A program made the position numbers and the translations under genes. Positions 39,255 through 48,996 of a DNA stretch of 64,000 nt are shown here, one piece after another. Origin of the DNA: an uncultured Trueperaceae bacterium (lineage in GTDB: Bacteria > Deinococcota > Deinococci > Deinococcales > Trueperaceae); contig CAWFFU010000003.1 in NCBI GenBank assembly GCA_963815215.1, positions 1,088,001 to 1,152,000 of the forward strand, in the 5' to 3' direction. Every line of letters starts with the position of its first letter. Within the stretch, counting starts at the first letter, position 1. The notes under the pieces are model-generated. The model saw nothing but the letters and a program-made list of their open reading frames with translations. It searched no databases and was not told the DNA's origin.

Positions 39255-41198
39255 ATGGCCGGCTCCGGTCCGAGAGCCGCCTTCGCCACCGATCTCGTCC
39301 TGGTCCACGCGCCGTCCATCTTCGATTTCCGAACGAAGTCGCTCTTGCAGGGCCCCTTCGCGGACGTGGTGCCTTCGACGGGCCAGTTCGAGATGTACCC
39401 CGTGGGCCTCACCAGCATCGCGGCATACCTCGAGCGAAACCACTACAACGTTCGCATCGTCAACCTCGCCTACCGCATGCTCCGCGATCCCGACTTCGAC
39501 CCCGAGGACCGCTTGCGGCGCCTACGGGCCCCGGTCTACGGCATCGACCTGCACTGGCTGCCCCACGCCCACGGCGCCTTGGCGGTCGCGGAGTTGATCA
39601 AACGCCTCCACCCGGACGCGGCCGTGCTGATCGGGGGCCTCTCGGCCAGCTACTTCCACCGTGAGCTCGCCGAGAACCCTGCCGTCGACTTCGTACTGCG
39701 CGGGGACTCGACCGAGGAACCCGCCCGCCAGCTCCTCGCCGCGCTGCGCGAGGGCACGTCGCTGGAGGCGGTGGAGAACCTGACGTATCGGGATGCCGAC
39801 GGTCAGGTCCGCGTGAACCCACTCACCTTCGTGCCGGCCGATCTCGACGGCATCGCTGTCCCCGCCTACGACTACGTCCTGCGCTCGGTCCTCAAGTACC
39901 GCGACCTGGCCGACGTGGTGCCCTACCTCGAATGGATCCAGCACCCCACCACCATGGTGCTCAACTCGCGGGGCTGCACGTTGGATTGCGCCATCTGCGG
40001 CGGCTCGCGCAGTGCCTACGCCATCACCTCCAACCGGCGCCGGCCCGCCTACCGTTCGCCGGAGCGACTGGTCGAGGACATGCGCACCATCAGCACCTTC
40101 TCACGATCCCCGATCTTCATGGTCCACGACCCGCGCATCGGCGGGGCCCCCCGCGCCCGCCGCCTGCTCGAACTGCTGGCCGCCGCCAAGCTCCCCAACG
40201 AGATCGTGTTCGAGCTGTTCTTCCCGGCCGGAGACGAGTTCTTCGATCTCGTCGAAGACTCGGCCGCGGCCTGGAGCCTGGAGATCACGGTCGAGTCCGC
40301 GGACGAGGAGATCCGGCGCGTCAACGGAAAGTTCGCCTATCCCAACGCGGCGCTGGAGTCGACCATCGCCAAGGCGCTCGAGCACGGCTGTCGCAAGCTC
40401 GATCTGTTCTTCATGGTGGGGATCCCGCACCAGACGCCGGAGAACGCGTTGGAGACGGTGGCGTTCTGCGACCGTCTGGCCGAGCGCTTCGGCAACGACC
40501 GGCGGCTGCAGTTCTACGTCGCGCCGCTCGCTCCCTTCCTCGATCCGGGGAGCCGCGCCTTCGAGGACCCTTCCCTGGGGTACCGCGTGCGCTACTCCAC
40601 CCTCGAGGAGTACCGGCAGGCGCTGCTCGAGCCGACCTGGGCCGACACCCTCTCGTTCGAGACCGAGGCGATGACGCGCGACGACATCGCCACGACCACT
40701 TACCGCGTGGCCCAGGGACTGAACGAGCTCAAGCACGAACGCAGCCTCATCGACGAGGCCACCTACCGCACCGTCCGAGACCACCTGACGGCCGCCTCCA
40801 CGGCGCTCGACGAACTCCGCAGCGCCGCCCTTCGTGGCGGCGGCTCGGCGCCCGACGCCGACCGCGGCCGTTCCCCCATCACCAAGGCCGACACCACCTC
40901 GCTGTGCGGCAGCGACGAGCTCCGCTGGGCGGGTGCCGAGGGGCTGCGCGTCACGCGCACCGCGGTAACCCACCTGGCACGGGCGTTCTTCGAGGAGGTG
41001 CGCAGGGGTGTCGCGAGGAGCCGCGGGCGCTACGACACCGACCTGTGGCAACCCGAACGGTGCCCACTCGAGGTGGAAGGACGGCCCCTGCGGGGCCCCG
41101 TGCACGCCGGCAGGCCGCATCCGGCCGACGGCGCCGGAGCACCTGCCCGCGCCATCCGCCCCGTCCTCATGAGCGTTCTCGAGGACGGCGCCGACTGA
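39255..41198 (+). CDS. B12-binding/radical SAM protein (TIGR04190-like)
   Basis: DLVLVHAPSIFDFR, FEMYPVG, GIDLHWLPHAHG, RGCTLDCAICGGS (CxxxCxxC), PFLDPGS. Start position uncertain. Confidence 0.85.
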   Translation: MAGSGPRAAFATDLVLVHAPSIFDFRTKSLLQGPFADVVPSTGQFEMYPVGLTSIAAYLERNHYNVRIVNLAYRMLRDPDFDPEDRLRRLRAPVYGIDLHWLPHAHGALAVAELIKRLHPDAAVLIGGLSASYFHRELAENPAVDFVLRGDSTEEPARQLLAALREGTSLEAVENLTYRDADGQVRVNPLTFVPADLDGIAVPAYDYVLRSVLKYRDLADVVPYLEWIQHPTTMVLNSRGCTLDCAICGGSRSAYAITSNRRRPAYRSPERLVEDMRTISTFSRSPIFMVHDPRIGGAPRARRLLELLAAAKLPNEIVFELFFPAGDEFFDLVEDSAAAWSLEITVESADEEIRRVNGKFAYPNAALESTIAKALEHGCRKLDLFFMVGIPHQTPENALETVAFCDRLAERFGNDRRLQFYVAPLAPFLDPGSRAFEDPSLGYRVRYSTLEEYRQALLEPTWADTLSFETEAMTRDDIATTTYRVAQGLNELKHERSLIDEATYRTVRDHLTAASTALDELRSAALRGGGSAPDADRGRSPITKADTTSLCGSDELRWAGAEGLRVTRTAVTHLARAFFEEVRRGVARSRGRYDTDLWQPERCPLEVEGRPLRGPVHAGRPHPADGAGAPARAIRPVLMSVLEDGAD

Positions 41199-41253
41199 CC
41201 CCACGACCGCGGCGCTGTGGCGGGCGACCGCCTCTCGGGTAGGCTTGGTCGTC

Positions 41254-42501
41254 ATGCGCCTCCCGACCCAGCGACGCGCCGCAGCGCGCATCACGACCAC
41301 CCTGTTCACGGCACAGGCGCTCGGCTCTGCGGGCGTCCTCGCCGCGGCGACGATCGCCTCGATCGCCGGCGCCGAGATCGGCGGCCACACCTCGCTGGCC
41401 GGCGTGCCCGCCGGCGTCTTCCAGCTCGGGGCGGCCGTGGCGGCGCTCGGCTGGTCGATCGCGAGCGACCGTCTGGGCCGGCGCAATGGGCTCGCGCTCG
41501 GGCTGCTGGCGGGGGCGATCGGTGCGGGCGGCGCCACCCTGGCGGTGAGCGTACGCAGCTTCCCGTTGCTGGTGGTGGCGATCGCCGTCATGGGCTCGGG
41601 CTCGGCGGCGGTGCGCCTGGGCCGCTTCGCCGCAGCCGAAGCGCACCCGCCCGCGCGGCGCGGCCGCGCCGTGGCGTGGGTCGTCCTGGGCGGCACCGTC
41701 GGCTCGGTGCTGGGCCCGTCGCTGGTGGCGCCGGCCGGGTCGATCGGTCACCGCCTGACGGGGTCCACGCTGGCGGGACCCTACGCCGTCACCTTGCTCG
41801 TCTACGCGCTCGCCGCCGCGACGCTGTTCGCCTTCCTGCGGCCCGACCCCAAGGCGCTGGGCGAGGCGATCGAGCGCGACCACCCGCACCCCGCCGGCGC
41901 GGGACCGGCGCGCCCCTGGCGGTCGCTGCTGCGCGATCCGGGCATCGTCCTGGCGGTGGCCTCGGTCGTGGTGGCGCACGCCGTGATGGTGATGATGATG
42001 GGCCTCACCTCGCTGCACATGAAGCTCGCAGGGATCGGGCTGGGCGGGATCTCCCTGGTGTTCAGCGTCCACAGCTTCGGCATGTACGCGCCTTCGATCG
42101 CCAGCGGCTGGCTGGCCGACCGCTTCGGCCGGCGAGCCACGGTGACGGCCGGCGCCGTGACGCTGGCCGCCGCCTGCGCCCTCGCCCCCATCTCCGAGCG
42201 TGTGCCGCTCCTGGTCCTGGCGCTGTTCCTCCTGGGTCTGGGCTGGAACCTCTGCTTCGTGGCGGGCTCGGCCCTCCTCGCCGACCGTCTCGCTCCGGCG
42301 GAGAAGGGGCGCATGCAGGGGCTCAACGACCTGCTCATGAGCTCGATGGCGGCCGTGGCCAGCCTGGCGGGCGGGCTGCTGTTCGCGGCCGAGGGCTACG
42401 CGATCATGGGCCTCGTCGGCGTGCTCGCCTCGGTCCTGCTGCTGGCGCTGGTGATGGGCCTGGGACGGGCGGCCCGCACCGGGCCCGTCGGCGCCGATTA
42501 G
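41254..42501 (+). CDS. MFS transporter
   Basis: SDRLGRR and GWLADRFGRR motifs, RFAAAE, LGLGWN; about 12 TM segments. Confidence 0.88.
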   Translation: MRLPTQRRAAARITTTLFTAQALGSAGVLAAATIASIAGAEIGGHTSLAGVPAGVFQLGAAVAALGWSIASDRLGRRNGLALGLLAGAIGAGGATLAVSVRSFPLLVVAIAVMGSGSAAVRLGRFAAAEAHPPARRGRAVAWVVLGGTVGSVLGPSLVAPAGSIGHRLTGSTLAGPYAVTLLVYALAAATLFAFLRPDPKALGEAIERDHPHPAGAGPARPWRSLLRDPGIVLAVASVVVAHAVMVMMMGLTSLHMKLAGIGLGGISLVFSVHSFGMYAPSIASGWLADRFGRRATVTAGAVTLAAACALAPISERVPLLVLALFLLGLGWNLCFVAGSALLADRLAPAEKGRMQGLNDLLMSSMAAVASLAGGLLFAAEGYAIMGLVGVLASVLLLALVMGLGRAARTGPVGAD

Positions 42502-42510
42502 CGCGGCGCT

Positions 42511-43182
42511 CTAGCCGACCAGCAGGACGACCAGCGTTCGCGGCCCGTGCACGCCCTCGACGCGCTCCAGCTCGATATCGGAGGTCGCGGAGGGTCCGGA
42601 TACCCAGGTGATCGGCGCCCCCTTGCGGGCGGCCGCGAGGCTCTCGGCCACCGCCTGTGGAACGGTCTGCACGATCTGCTCCTGCGCCACCACGCACACG
42701 TGGAGATCGGGCAGCAGCGTCAACAGCCGCCGGCCCTGGAGCGCGCCGGCGTCGAACACGATCGTCCCGGTCTCCGCGATCGCCAGCGCGCATCCCGTCA
42801 CCACCGCATCGCATCCGTCTAGCGTCCCCGTGTCCAGCAGCACGCCATCGCGCCCATCGGCCTCCCAGCGCACGCCGGGGACGCGCCACGCCTCGGGCAG
42901 ATCCGCGGGCGCCGCCGCCGCGCGGCTGCCGCGGGCCGTCAACTCCGCCGCGATCGCCTCCGGCACGCCGTCCGCGGCAACCCGCCGGACCGTGACCCGA
43001 TACTCGCCGGCGCGCTCGGCGAAGAGATCGGCCCGTGCCGCCGGGCCGAGATCGCCGCTCCTGGAATAGGCTGCGGCACCGTCGACGGCGGCCTCGCCGC
43101 GCGCGACCTCATCGGCCTCGGGTGCCCCTTCTCGACCGAGCGCCTGACGCACGCGCCGGAGCACGACCTCCCGGCTGCTCAC
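42511..43182 (-). CDS. lutC: Lactate utilization protein C (LUD domain)
   Basis: AIAETGT, LTLLPDLH, SGPSATSDIELERVEGVHGPR. Confidence 0.92.
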   Translation of the reverse strand: MSSREVVLRRVRQALGREGAPEADEVARGEAAVDGAAAYSRSGDLGPAARADLFAERAGEYRVTVRRVAADGVPEAIAAELTARGSRAAAAPADLPEAWRVPGVRWEADGRDGVLLDTGTLDGCDAVVTGCALAIAETGTIVFDAGALQGRRLLTLLPDLHVCVVAQEQIVQTVPQAVAESLAAARKGAPITWVSGPSATSDIELERVEGVHGPRTLVVLLVG

Positions 43183-44621
43183 CCGTCGTCACCGCCTTCC
43201 AGCCACCACTCGCGGAAGGTCGTGCCGGCCACCGCCGGCAGGTCGCGCGTGCGGGTCCAACCGCCCAGGTAGCCCGGCAACTGTTCGACATAGCCGTCCT
43301 TGACGAAGGGACGCTGCACCAGCCGAGCCCAGCGTTGCACCCAGCGGTAGCGGTGCGGCTGCGCGAAGACGCCCGCCGCCAAGCGCATGGCGCCGTCCTC
43401 GCTATCGAGCGCGGCCAACCGTCCGCGGCGCAGCCGTCGGCGCTCCACAGCGCGGTGCCGCAGATCGAGAAGGACGCTGGGGATGTCGATCTTGACCGGG
43501 CACACCTCGTAGCAGGCGCCGCACAGGGTGGAAGCGAAGGGAAGCGTGTCGGCCTCCGGCGTGTCGACGAGCTGCGGCGTGAGGATGGCGCCGATCGGAC
43601 CCGGATAGTGCGACCCGTAGGCGTGACCCCCCACCCTCGCGTACACCGGGCAGGTGTTGAGGCAGGCGCTGCAGCGGATGCAGTACAGCGTCTGGCGCCG
43701 GTCCTCCGAGGCCAGCACGTCGCTGCGGCCGTTATCGAGCAACACCAGGTGGAACGCCTGCGGCCCGTCGCCGCGGCGCACACCGGTCCAGAACGAGGTA
43801 TACGGGTTCATCCGCTCGGCCGTGCTGGAGCGCGGCAGGAGCTGAAGGAACACCTCCATGGCGCGCCAGCTCGGCACCACCTTCTCGATCCCCATCACCG
43901 TGATCAACGTCTGAGGGAGCGTGGTGCACATGCGCCCATTGCCCTCCGACTCCACCACGCACACAGCTCCGGTATCGGCTACGGCGAAGTTCGCGCCGCT
44001 GATCCCGACCGTGGCGCTGAGGAACTTGCCGCGCAGGAAACGCCGGGCGGCCGCCGCCAGGTCGCTCGGCGCGTCGGAGAGCTCGCTCGCCTTCAGGCCC
44101 ATCGAGCGGAGGAACAGCTCGCGGATCTCCGACCGGTTCTTGTGGATAGCGGGCACCAGGATGTGCGACGAGGGTTCGTGCGCGAGCTGGACGATCAGCT
44201 CGGCGAGATCGGTCTCGAGCGCGTGAACGCCGATCGATGCCAGGGCGTCGTTGAGGCCGATCTCGTCGGTGGTGAGCGACTTGACCTTGATGGCCTCGCG
44301 CGCGCCCGTCGCGGCCACTAGCTCCTGGACGATGGTGTTGGCCTCGGCCGCGTCGCGGGCCCAGTGCACCTGGCCTCCGCGGGCGAGAACGCTCTGCTCG
44401 AGCCGCATCAGGTAGTGATCGAGGTGTGCGAGGGTGTGCGCCTTGATCGCGCGGCCGGCCTCGCGGAGCTCCTGCCAGTCGGGCAGCTCTTCGGTGGCGA
44501 GGGCGCGCTTCTCCCGGATGGCCGAGGTCGCCTTCGCCAGGTTGCGCCGCAACTGGACGTCCTGCAGGGCCTCGTGCGCGGCCCGTTCGAACGGCCGGGC
44601 TCGGGGTATGCCGCCGCTCAC
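43179..44621 (-). CDS. lutB: Lactate utilization Fe-S protein B
   Basis: ETDLAELIVQL, PSSHILVPAIH, CIRCSACLNTCP, STLCGACYEVCPVKI. Confidence 0.93.
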   Translation of the reverse strand: MSGGIPRARPFERAAHEALQDVQLRRNLAKATSAIREKRALATEELPDWQELREAGRAIKAHTLAHLDHYLMRLEQSVLARGGQVHWARDAAEANTIVQELVAATGAREAIKVKSLTTDEIGLNDALASIGVHALETDLAELIVQLAHEPSSHILVPAIHKNRSEIRELFLRSMGLKASELSDAPSDLAAAARRFLRGKFLSATVGISGANFAVADTGAVCVVESEGNGRMCTTLPQTLITVMGIEKVVPSWRAMEVFLQLLPRSSTAERMNPYTSFWTGVRRGDGPQAFHLVLLDNGRSDVLASEDRRQTLYCIRCSACLNTCPVYARVGGHAYGSHYPGPIGAILTPQLVDTPEADTLPFASTLCGACYEVCPVKIDIPSVLLDLRHRAVERRRLRRGRLAALDSEDGAMRLAAGVFAQPHRYRWVQRWARLVQRPFVKDGYVEQLPGYLGGWTRTRDLPAVAGTTFREWWLEGGDDG

Positions 44622-45367
44622 GCCTGCCTCCAGGGCCGCGCCTCGGTCGAGGCCAGGATCTCGGCCACGTGCAGGGTGCGCACGCCGGTCCGCTGACGGT
44701 GCAACGCTCCGCCGATATGCATGAGGCAGGAGTTGTCGGCCGCAGCGCACACCTCCGCGCCGGTCTCGAGCACGCGCGCCACCTTCGAGGCCAGCATCGC
44801 GCTGGAGGTGTCGGCGTTCTTCACGGAGAAGGTACCCCCGAAGCCGCAGCACTCGTTCGCATCGGGCAGCGGGACCAGCTCGATGCCGCGCACCCGCCCC
44901 AGCAACCGCTGGGGGCTGTCGCCGATGTGCAACACGCGCTGCGAGTGACAGGTGGGATGGAACGTCACGCGGTGTGGGAAGTATGCACCGACGTCCTCCA
45001 CGCCGAGCTCCTCGACCAGGAAGGAGGTCAGCTCGTGGACGCGCGGCACGAGCGCATCGACCGCCTCGACCAGAGCCGGATCGCGCGCCAGACGGGCCAG
45101 ACGCGGGTAGATCTCGCGGACCTCCCCGACGCAGCTCGCCGACGGCGCCACCACCCGGTCGTGGGCGCCGAAGGCGCGCACGAAGTTGCGCACCAACGGG
45201 ATGGCTTCTTGCTGGTAGCCGGTGTTGACGTGCATCTGCCCGCAACACGTCTGCTCCGCCGGGTAGTGGAGTTCGTGACCCAGACGTCGAAGCACCCGCA
45301 CCGTCGCCTGCCCGGCCTGCGGGAACAGGGTGTCGACATAGCAGGGGATGAACAGGGCGAGCCGCAT
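44618..45367 (-). CDS. lutA: Lactate utilization protein A (CCG domains)
   Basis: QTCCGQ, HPTCHS, ECCGFGGTF, DNSCLMHI. Confidence 0.93.
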   Translation of the reverse strand: MRLALFIPCYVDTLFPQAGQATVRVLRRLGHELHYPAEQTCCGQMHVNTGYQQEAIPLVRNFVRAFGAHDRVVAPSASCVGEVREIYPRLARLARDPALVEAVDALVPRVHELTSFLVEELGVEDVGAYFPHRVTFHPTCHSQRVLHIGDSPQRLLGRVRGIELVPLPDANECCGFGGTFSVKNADTSSAMLASKVARVLETGAEVCAAADNSCLMHIGGALHRQRTGVRTLHVAEILASTEARPWRQA

Positions 45368-45441
45368 CAGTAGTTCGCCCCGCGCGGCGCGCCGATGCGC
45401 CCGTCCTCGCTCGGGGTCGGACGGGCACGTGGTCCTGGCAT
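45367..45441 (-). other. Putative leaderless uORF (24 aa) coupled to lutA
   Basis: TACAAT-6nt-ATG, encoding MPGPRARPTPSEDGRIGAPRGANY. Its TGA overlaps the lutA ATG (TGATG). Confidence 0.45.
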
Positions 45442-45521
45442 GGCGCCATTGTAGGCCGAGCCCGGCGGCGACCACAGCACAACGCTCGGCTCCCGGACAG
45501 CCACCTCCGAGCCCGCGGTCG

Positions 45522-46103
45522 TCATCCTTCGCTCAGCGTGGTCTCGATCCGGCGATCGGGAACCAGCCAGACCAGCGCCACCAGCACGTAGAGGACGTCG
45601 GCGAGCCAGCGCGCGCCCGCGAGCGCCGCGACGATGGCCACGGCGTACAGGACCGGCGACAGCCGGCCCTTGAGGTCGGCGCCCACGGCCCGGCGCAGGC
45701 TCGATCCCGGACCGTTGGCGACGATGAGCCTCTGCTGCAACAGGGAGTACGCCACCGCGGCCAACAGCAGCACCACGCCGTAGGCGGTGGTCGGCGCCGA
45801 CGCGAAGTGGTTCTGCCCCATCCAGGCGGTCACGAAGGGGATCAGCGAGAGCCAGAACAGCAGGTGCATGTTGGCCCATAGCACCGTGCCGTCGATACGC
45901 TGCACCGCCTGCAGCATGTGGTGGTGGTTGTTCCAGTAGATCCCCAGGTACACGAAGCTGAGCAGGTAGGTCAACAGCGACGGCACAACGCCCCTCAGCG
46001 CCCCCCAGGTGGGCTCGTGCGGCACGTTCAGCTCGAGCACCATGACGGTGATGACGATCGCGATGACGCCGTCGCTGAACGCCTCCATCCTCGACTTCGT
46101 CAT
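45522..46103 (-). CDS. TMEM175 family potassium channel
   Basis: RMEAFSDGVIAIVITVMVLE, YWNNHHH. Confidence 0.92.
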   Translation of the reverse strand: MTKSRMEAFSDGVIAIVITVMVLELNVPHEPTWGALRGVVPSLLTYLLSFVYLGIYWNNHHHMLQAVQRIDGTVLWANMHLLFWLSLIPFVTAWMGQNHFASAPTTAYGVVLLLAAVAYSLLQQRLIVANGPGSSLRRAVGADLKGRLSPVLYAVAIVAALAGARWLADVLYVLVALVWLVPDRRIETTLSEG

Positions 46104-46227
46104 AGGCCTCCCCGATCCTCCACGATGGCTCCAGGATAGCGGCGCACGACGGCGCGTGGGCCGCGAGCGACCGGACCTGCAGCGCGCAGAGCTCCGACGA
46201 CGGCAGCAGCCCCACCGGGCCTCGATC

Positions 46228-46323
46228 GCCTCGAACGAGCGCAGCTACCAAGGCGGCCTCGAGCACGTCCGAACGCTACGGCACTTCCTGGAAGCGCCCG
46301 AGGCGTACTTGCCTCACCTGTGA
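46228..46323 (+). pseudogene. Possible C-terminal remnant of a COG3910-like AAA ATPase
   Basis: ERSYQGGLEHVRTLRHFLEAPEAYLPHL-stop resembles the Y..LEH....R.FL..PE.YL.HL C-terminus of that family. No P-loop is present upstream. Confidence 0.35.
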
Positions 46324-46365
46324 CACCGGGACGGCGCGAAGGACCGCGCCGCTCACCGTCGACGC

Positions 46366-46815
46366 CTAGCGCCGCTCGGGAGCCGCCGGCGAGGTCGTAC
46401 GCGTGATTCCGAGGAACAGGAGGGCGACGAGCAGCACGGCCTGCGCCACCTTGAGCGACAATCCCCAGACCTCGTATGGCGGAACGCGCTGCGGCGCGAC
46501 GTTGAAGTACGCCGCGATGGCGAAGGCCTGGAAGGCAGCGCCGACCATCCACAGAACGCGGCGATCGAATCGCATCAACAGCACCGCGCCGAGAAGGAAG
46601 GCTCCGCCGGCCAGAACGCCGAACACGATCAACCCCGGGCGCAGGCCCGGAGCGCCGTTCACCACGCTCAGGACACCGGCCCCGATGAGGGCGTACACGA
46701 CGGCATTGGCCAACGCGAGGATGGCGGCCGCCCAGCGCACCTGGGTCCTCACGCGCCCACCGGCGCCGGAACCACTCGCCTCCCCGGGCCGGCCAACGTG
46801 CAGATTCGCCTTCAT
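46366..46815 (-). CDS. Hypothetical membrane protein (4 TM)
   Basis: Four hydrophobic segments; GGAGG-containing RBS. Confidence 0.65.
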   Translation of the reverse strand: MKANLHVGRPGEASGSGAGGRVRTQVRWAAAILALANAVVYALIGAGVLSVVNGAPGLRPGLIVFGVLAGGAFLLGAVLLMRFDRRVLWMVGAAFQAFAIAAYFNVAPQRVPPYEVWGLSLKVAQAVLLVALLFLGITRTTSPAAPERR

Positions 46816-47032
46816 GCCCGCTCCCTCCCCGGCGTGTGGGGAGCGCGGCGGGTCCGACGGAACGCCGCCGCCACGCGTGCTCCCGCGCGCCGTCACCGCA
46901 CTCTGCACAGCGGGCGGGTCACAGGCAAGGGACAGGCGCCCTCGGTTCCGTCCCCCGTCGCACCGGAGTCCCGCCGCCGAGCAGGACGAAAGCCCGGCGC
47001 CGGGGTGCCGGGCGCCGCGATAGACTCGCGGC

Positions 47033-47281
47033 GTGGTGCGCGTCGTAGGTGCACAGCCCGGTCTGTTCGACCCGACCCGGACCGTGGAGCGTCGGCTCGC
47101 TTCGGGCGCTACCGTACGCGTGACACTCGAACCGCTCGACGACCGGCGCGTCCGGGTGGTGGCGTACCTGCGCCGGACCCACGACGGCGCACGCTGGGAA
47201 CGTCGTGCGGGCGAAGAGGGGCGTACCTATCCGATCGACGCGCTGGGCCTGGGGCTGCCCTTCGAAGAGATCTTCGCCTGA
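47033..47281 (+). CDS. Small hypothetical protein (82 aa)
   Basis: TAGACT-6nt-GTG leaderless signature; plausible codon usage. Confidence 0.6.
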   Translation: MVRVVGAQPGLFDPTRTVERRLASGATVRVTLEPLDDRRVRVVAYLRRTHDGARWERRAGEEGRTYPIDALGLGLPFEEIFA

Positions 47282-47556
47282 GGTCGGCGCCACCGATGTC
47301 CCCATCGCCGTCGGGCTCATCCTAATGATGGTCCCCCGCTGGCCAGTGTGCGCTACGAGCGTCTCCCCGCCATCTTCGGCATCCAATCCGCCATACCGTT
47401 CAACGCCGGCACCCCACCGTCCGGGGCGGCCCCGGAGGGCTCTCCCCTCGGCCGGGGCGGCCGTTCGGGAGGTCTTCGGATCACACCTGGCTCGGGCGCT
47501 GCCCGAACGCTAACGTGAAGCCACGAGACCCCGCTATGGACGCATGCCTCCGCGCA

Positions 47557-48996
47557 CTATCGAGCAACGCGCCAGATGTCCAGGACACCGTTCGTTCGAT
47601 GCTGATTGGCGTTGCCTTCGGGGAGTGCGATGCGCCCGTCGATCGCGATCGGGCTGTTCCAGTGGCCGGGTCCGCTCGCCAGGTCGGCGAGGAGCCGGCC
47701 AGTTTCGGGCTGATACACCCGAAGCCCACCCCCGGGATCGTAGACGTAGAGAAGTCCGCCGGCCAGCACAGGGCTGGTGCCAGCATGGGCGTTGTGCCAC
47801 ACCGCTTGCAGATTCCCGTTCGACAACCGCCACGCTTCCGTTCCACCGTTGTCGGCCGCGATCAGCCACGTCTCGCCGCCGTGGTGCCACACCGCCGGAG
47901 CCGTGAAGAGGTCGCCACCCGATGGGGTGGACACCATCTGCGCCTCTCCGCCCAGGTGCGCGACCTGCCCGCGCATGGCGCTCCAGTCGAGCAATCGGAT
48001 GTGGCCGTCCTTGCCACCCTGCGCCACTAGACCGTCTCCCAGCAGCACCGGCGCGGTGGAGCCGAGGTCCAGATCGCGCGCGTTGAGCTGATCGGTGTTA
48101 CTTGGCGTGAAGTTGCCCAACAACGTCCCCGCGTCTGGCGAGAGCTCGAGCACGGCGTCACCCCAGAACGTATGACCGTCCCACAGAGCGTTCCCCGTCG
48201 CAACGAACAGGTCGCCGCTCGACGGATCGACGACCGCTCCGGCCCGACCCCATATGGCGGCGCCGCTCTGCGAGCACGACGATGGCGCGAGCATTACGGA
48301 GCGGTCGCTACACAGCGCGTTCCAGACGTGCTCGATGTGGCCGCCTTGGCTATCCAGAACAGCGACGTGCCCCTGGTAAGGGGGCGAGTCGCCGATGTAG
48401 CCGCCCGTGGTCACGATCACCCGACCATGTGCGAAGTTGAGCGGGGACGCGATCTTCTCACGCGTAGGCAACTCCGTCACGGAGGTGGCCCACTGCACGC
48501 TTCCGTCAGCCACCGCGAGTTTGCGCACGACACCATCGGGCGATGCGGCATAGAGGTACCGACGGTCCGGGTCGGCCACCGGAGTCGCGGTCGTGATGCG
48601 GTAGGACCCGGCCCAGCCCGCGTATCCCGACGGGGTGAACCGCCACAGGACCGTCCCACGGTCCGCATCGATCGCTAGTGTCTCGCCGTAGATGGTCGTC
48701 ACGAAGAAGGCATCGTGCACGGCACCCTCGATCTGCACGCCGTGCAGGTAGATGGGCGAGCCGTCTACGGTCCCTCCGAGCTGCACCTTCTGCAGCTTCA
48801 ACGCGCCCAGGTCGCCCACCGTGATCCCGGAATCGATCGGTCCGCCATTCGTGCGCGCCGCGTCCCATCCGAAGCGGGTCCAGTCCTGCCCTGGCTGCGC
48901 GCTCTGCTGGCAGGAAGCGGTCCCAACGACCAGAAGAAAGAACGCGAAGACTGCGCTCAGCGACCGTGCCAAGGCCTTGATCTTCGTCTTCTGCAT
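47557..48996 (-). CDS. PQQ-like beta-propeller lipoprotein
   Basis: Lipobox-like TASC, DWTRFGWD, repeated GxVxW units and S/TPV motifs. Confidence 0.75.
   Translation of the reverse strand: MQKTKIKALARSLSAVFAFFLLVVGTASCQQSAQPGQDWTRFGWDAARTNGGPIDSGITVGDLGALKLQKVQLGGTVDGSPIYLHGVQIEGAVHDAFFVTTIYGETLAIDADRGTVLWRFTPSGYAGWAGSYRITTATPVADPDRRYLYAASPDGVVRKLAVADGSVQWATSVTELPTREKIASPLNFAHGRVIVTTGGYIGDSPPYQGHVAVLDSQGGHIEHVWNALCSDRSVMLAPSSCSQSGAAIWGRAGAVVDPSSGDLFVATGNALWDGHTFWGDAVLELSPDAGTLLGNFTPSNTDQLNARDLDLGSTAPVLLGDGLVAQGGKDGHIRLLDWSAMRGQVAHLGGEAQMVSTPSGGDLFTAPAVWHHGGETWLIAADNGGTEAWRLSNGNLQAVWHNAHAGTSPVLAGGLLYVYDPGGGLRVYQPETGRLLADLASGPGHWNSPIAIDGRIALPEGNANQHRTNGVLDIWRVAR

Noticed and set aside
35278..39597. 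1439-aa ORF overlapping the M14 peptidase
   Set aside because: Arg/Pro/Gly-rich off-frame shadow typical of high-GC DNA. It has no motifs, and the overlapping frame carries the real M14 signatures.
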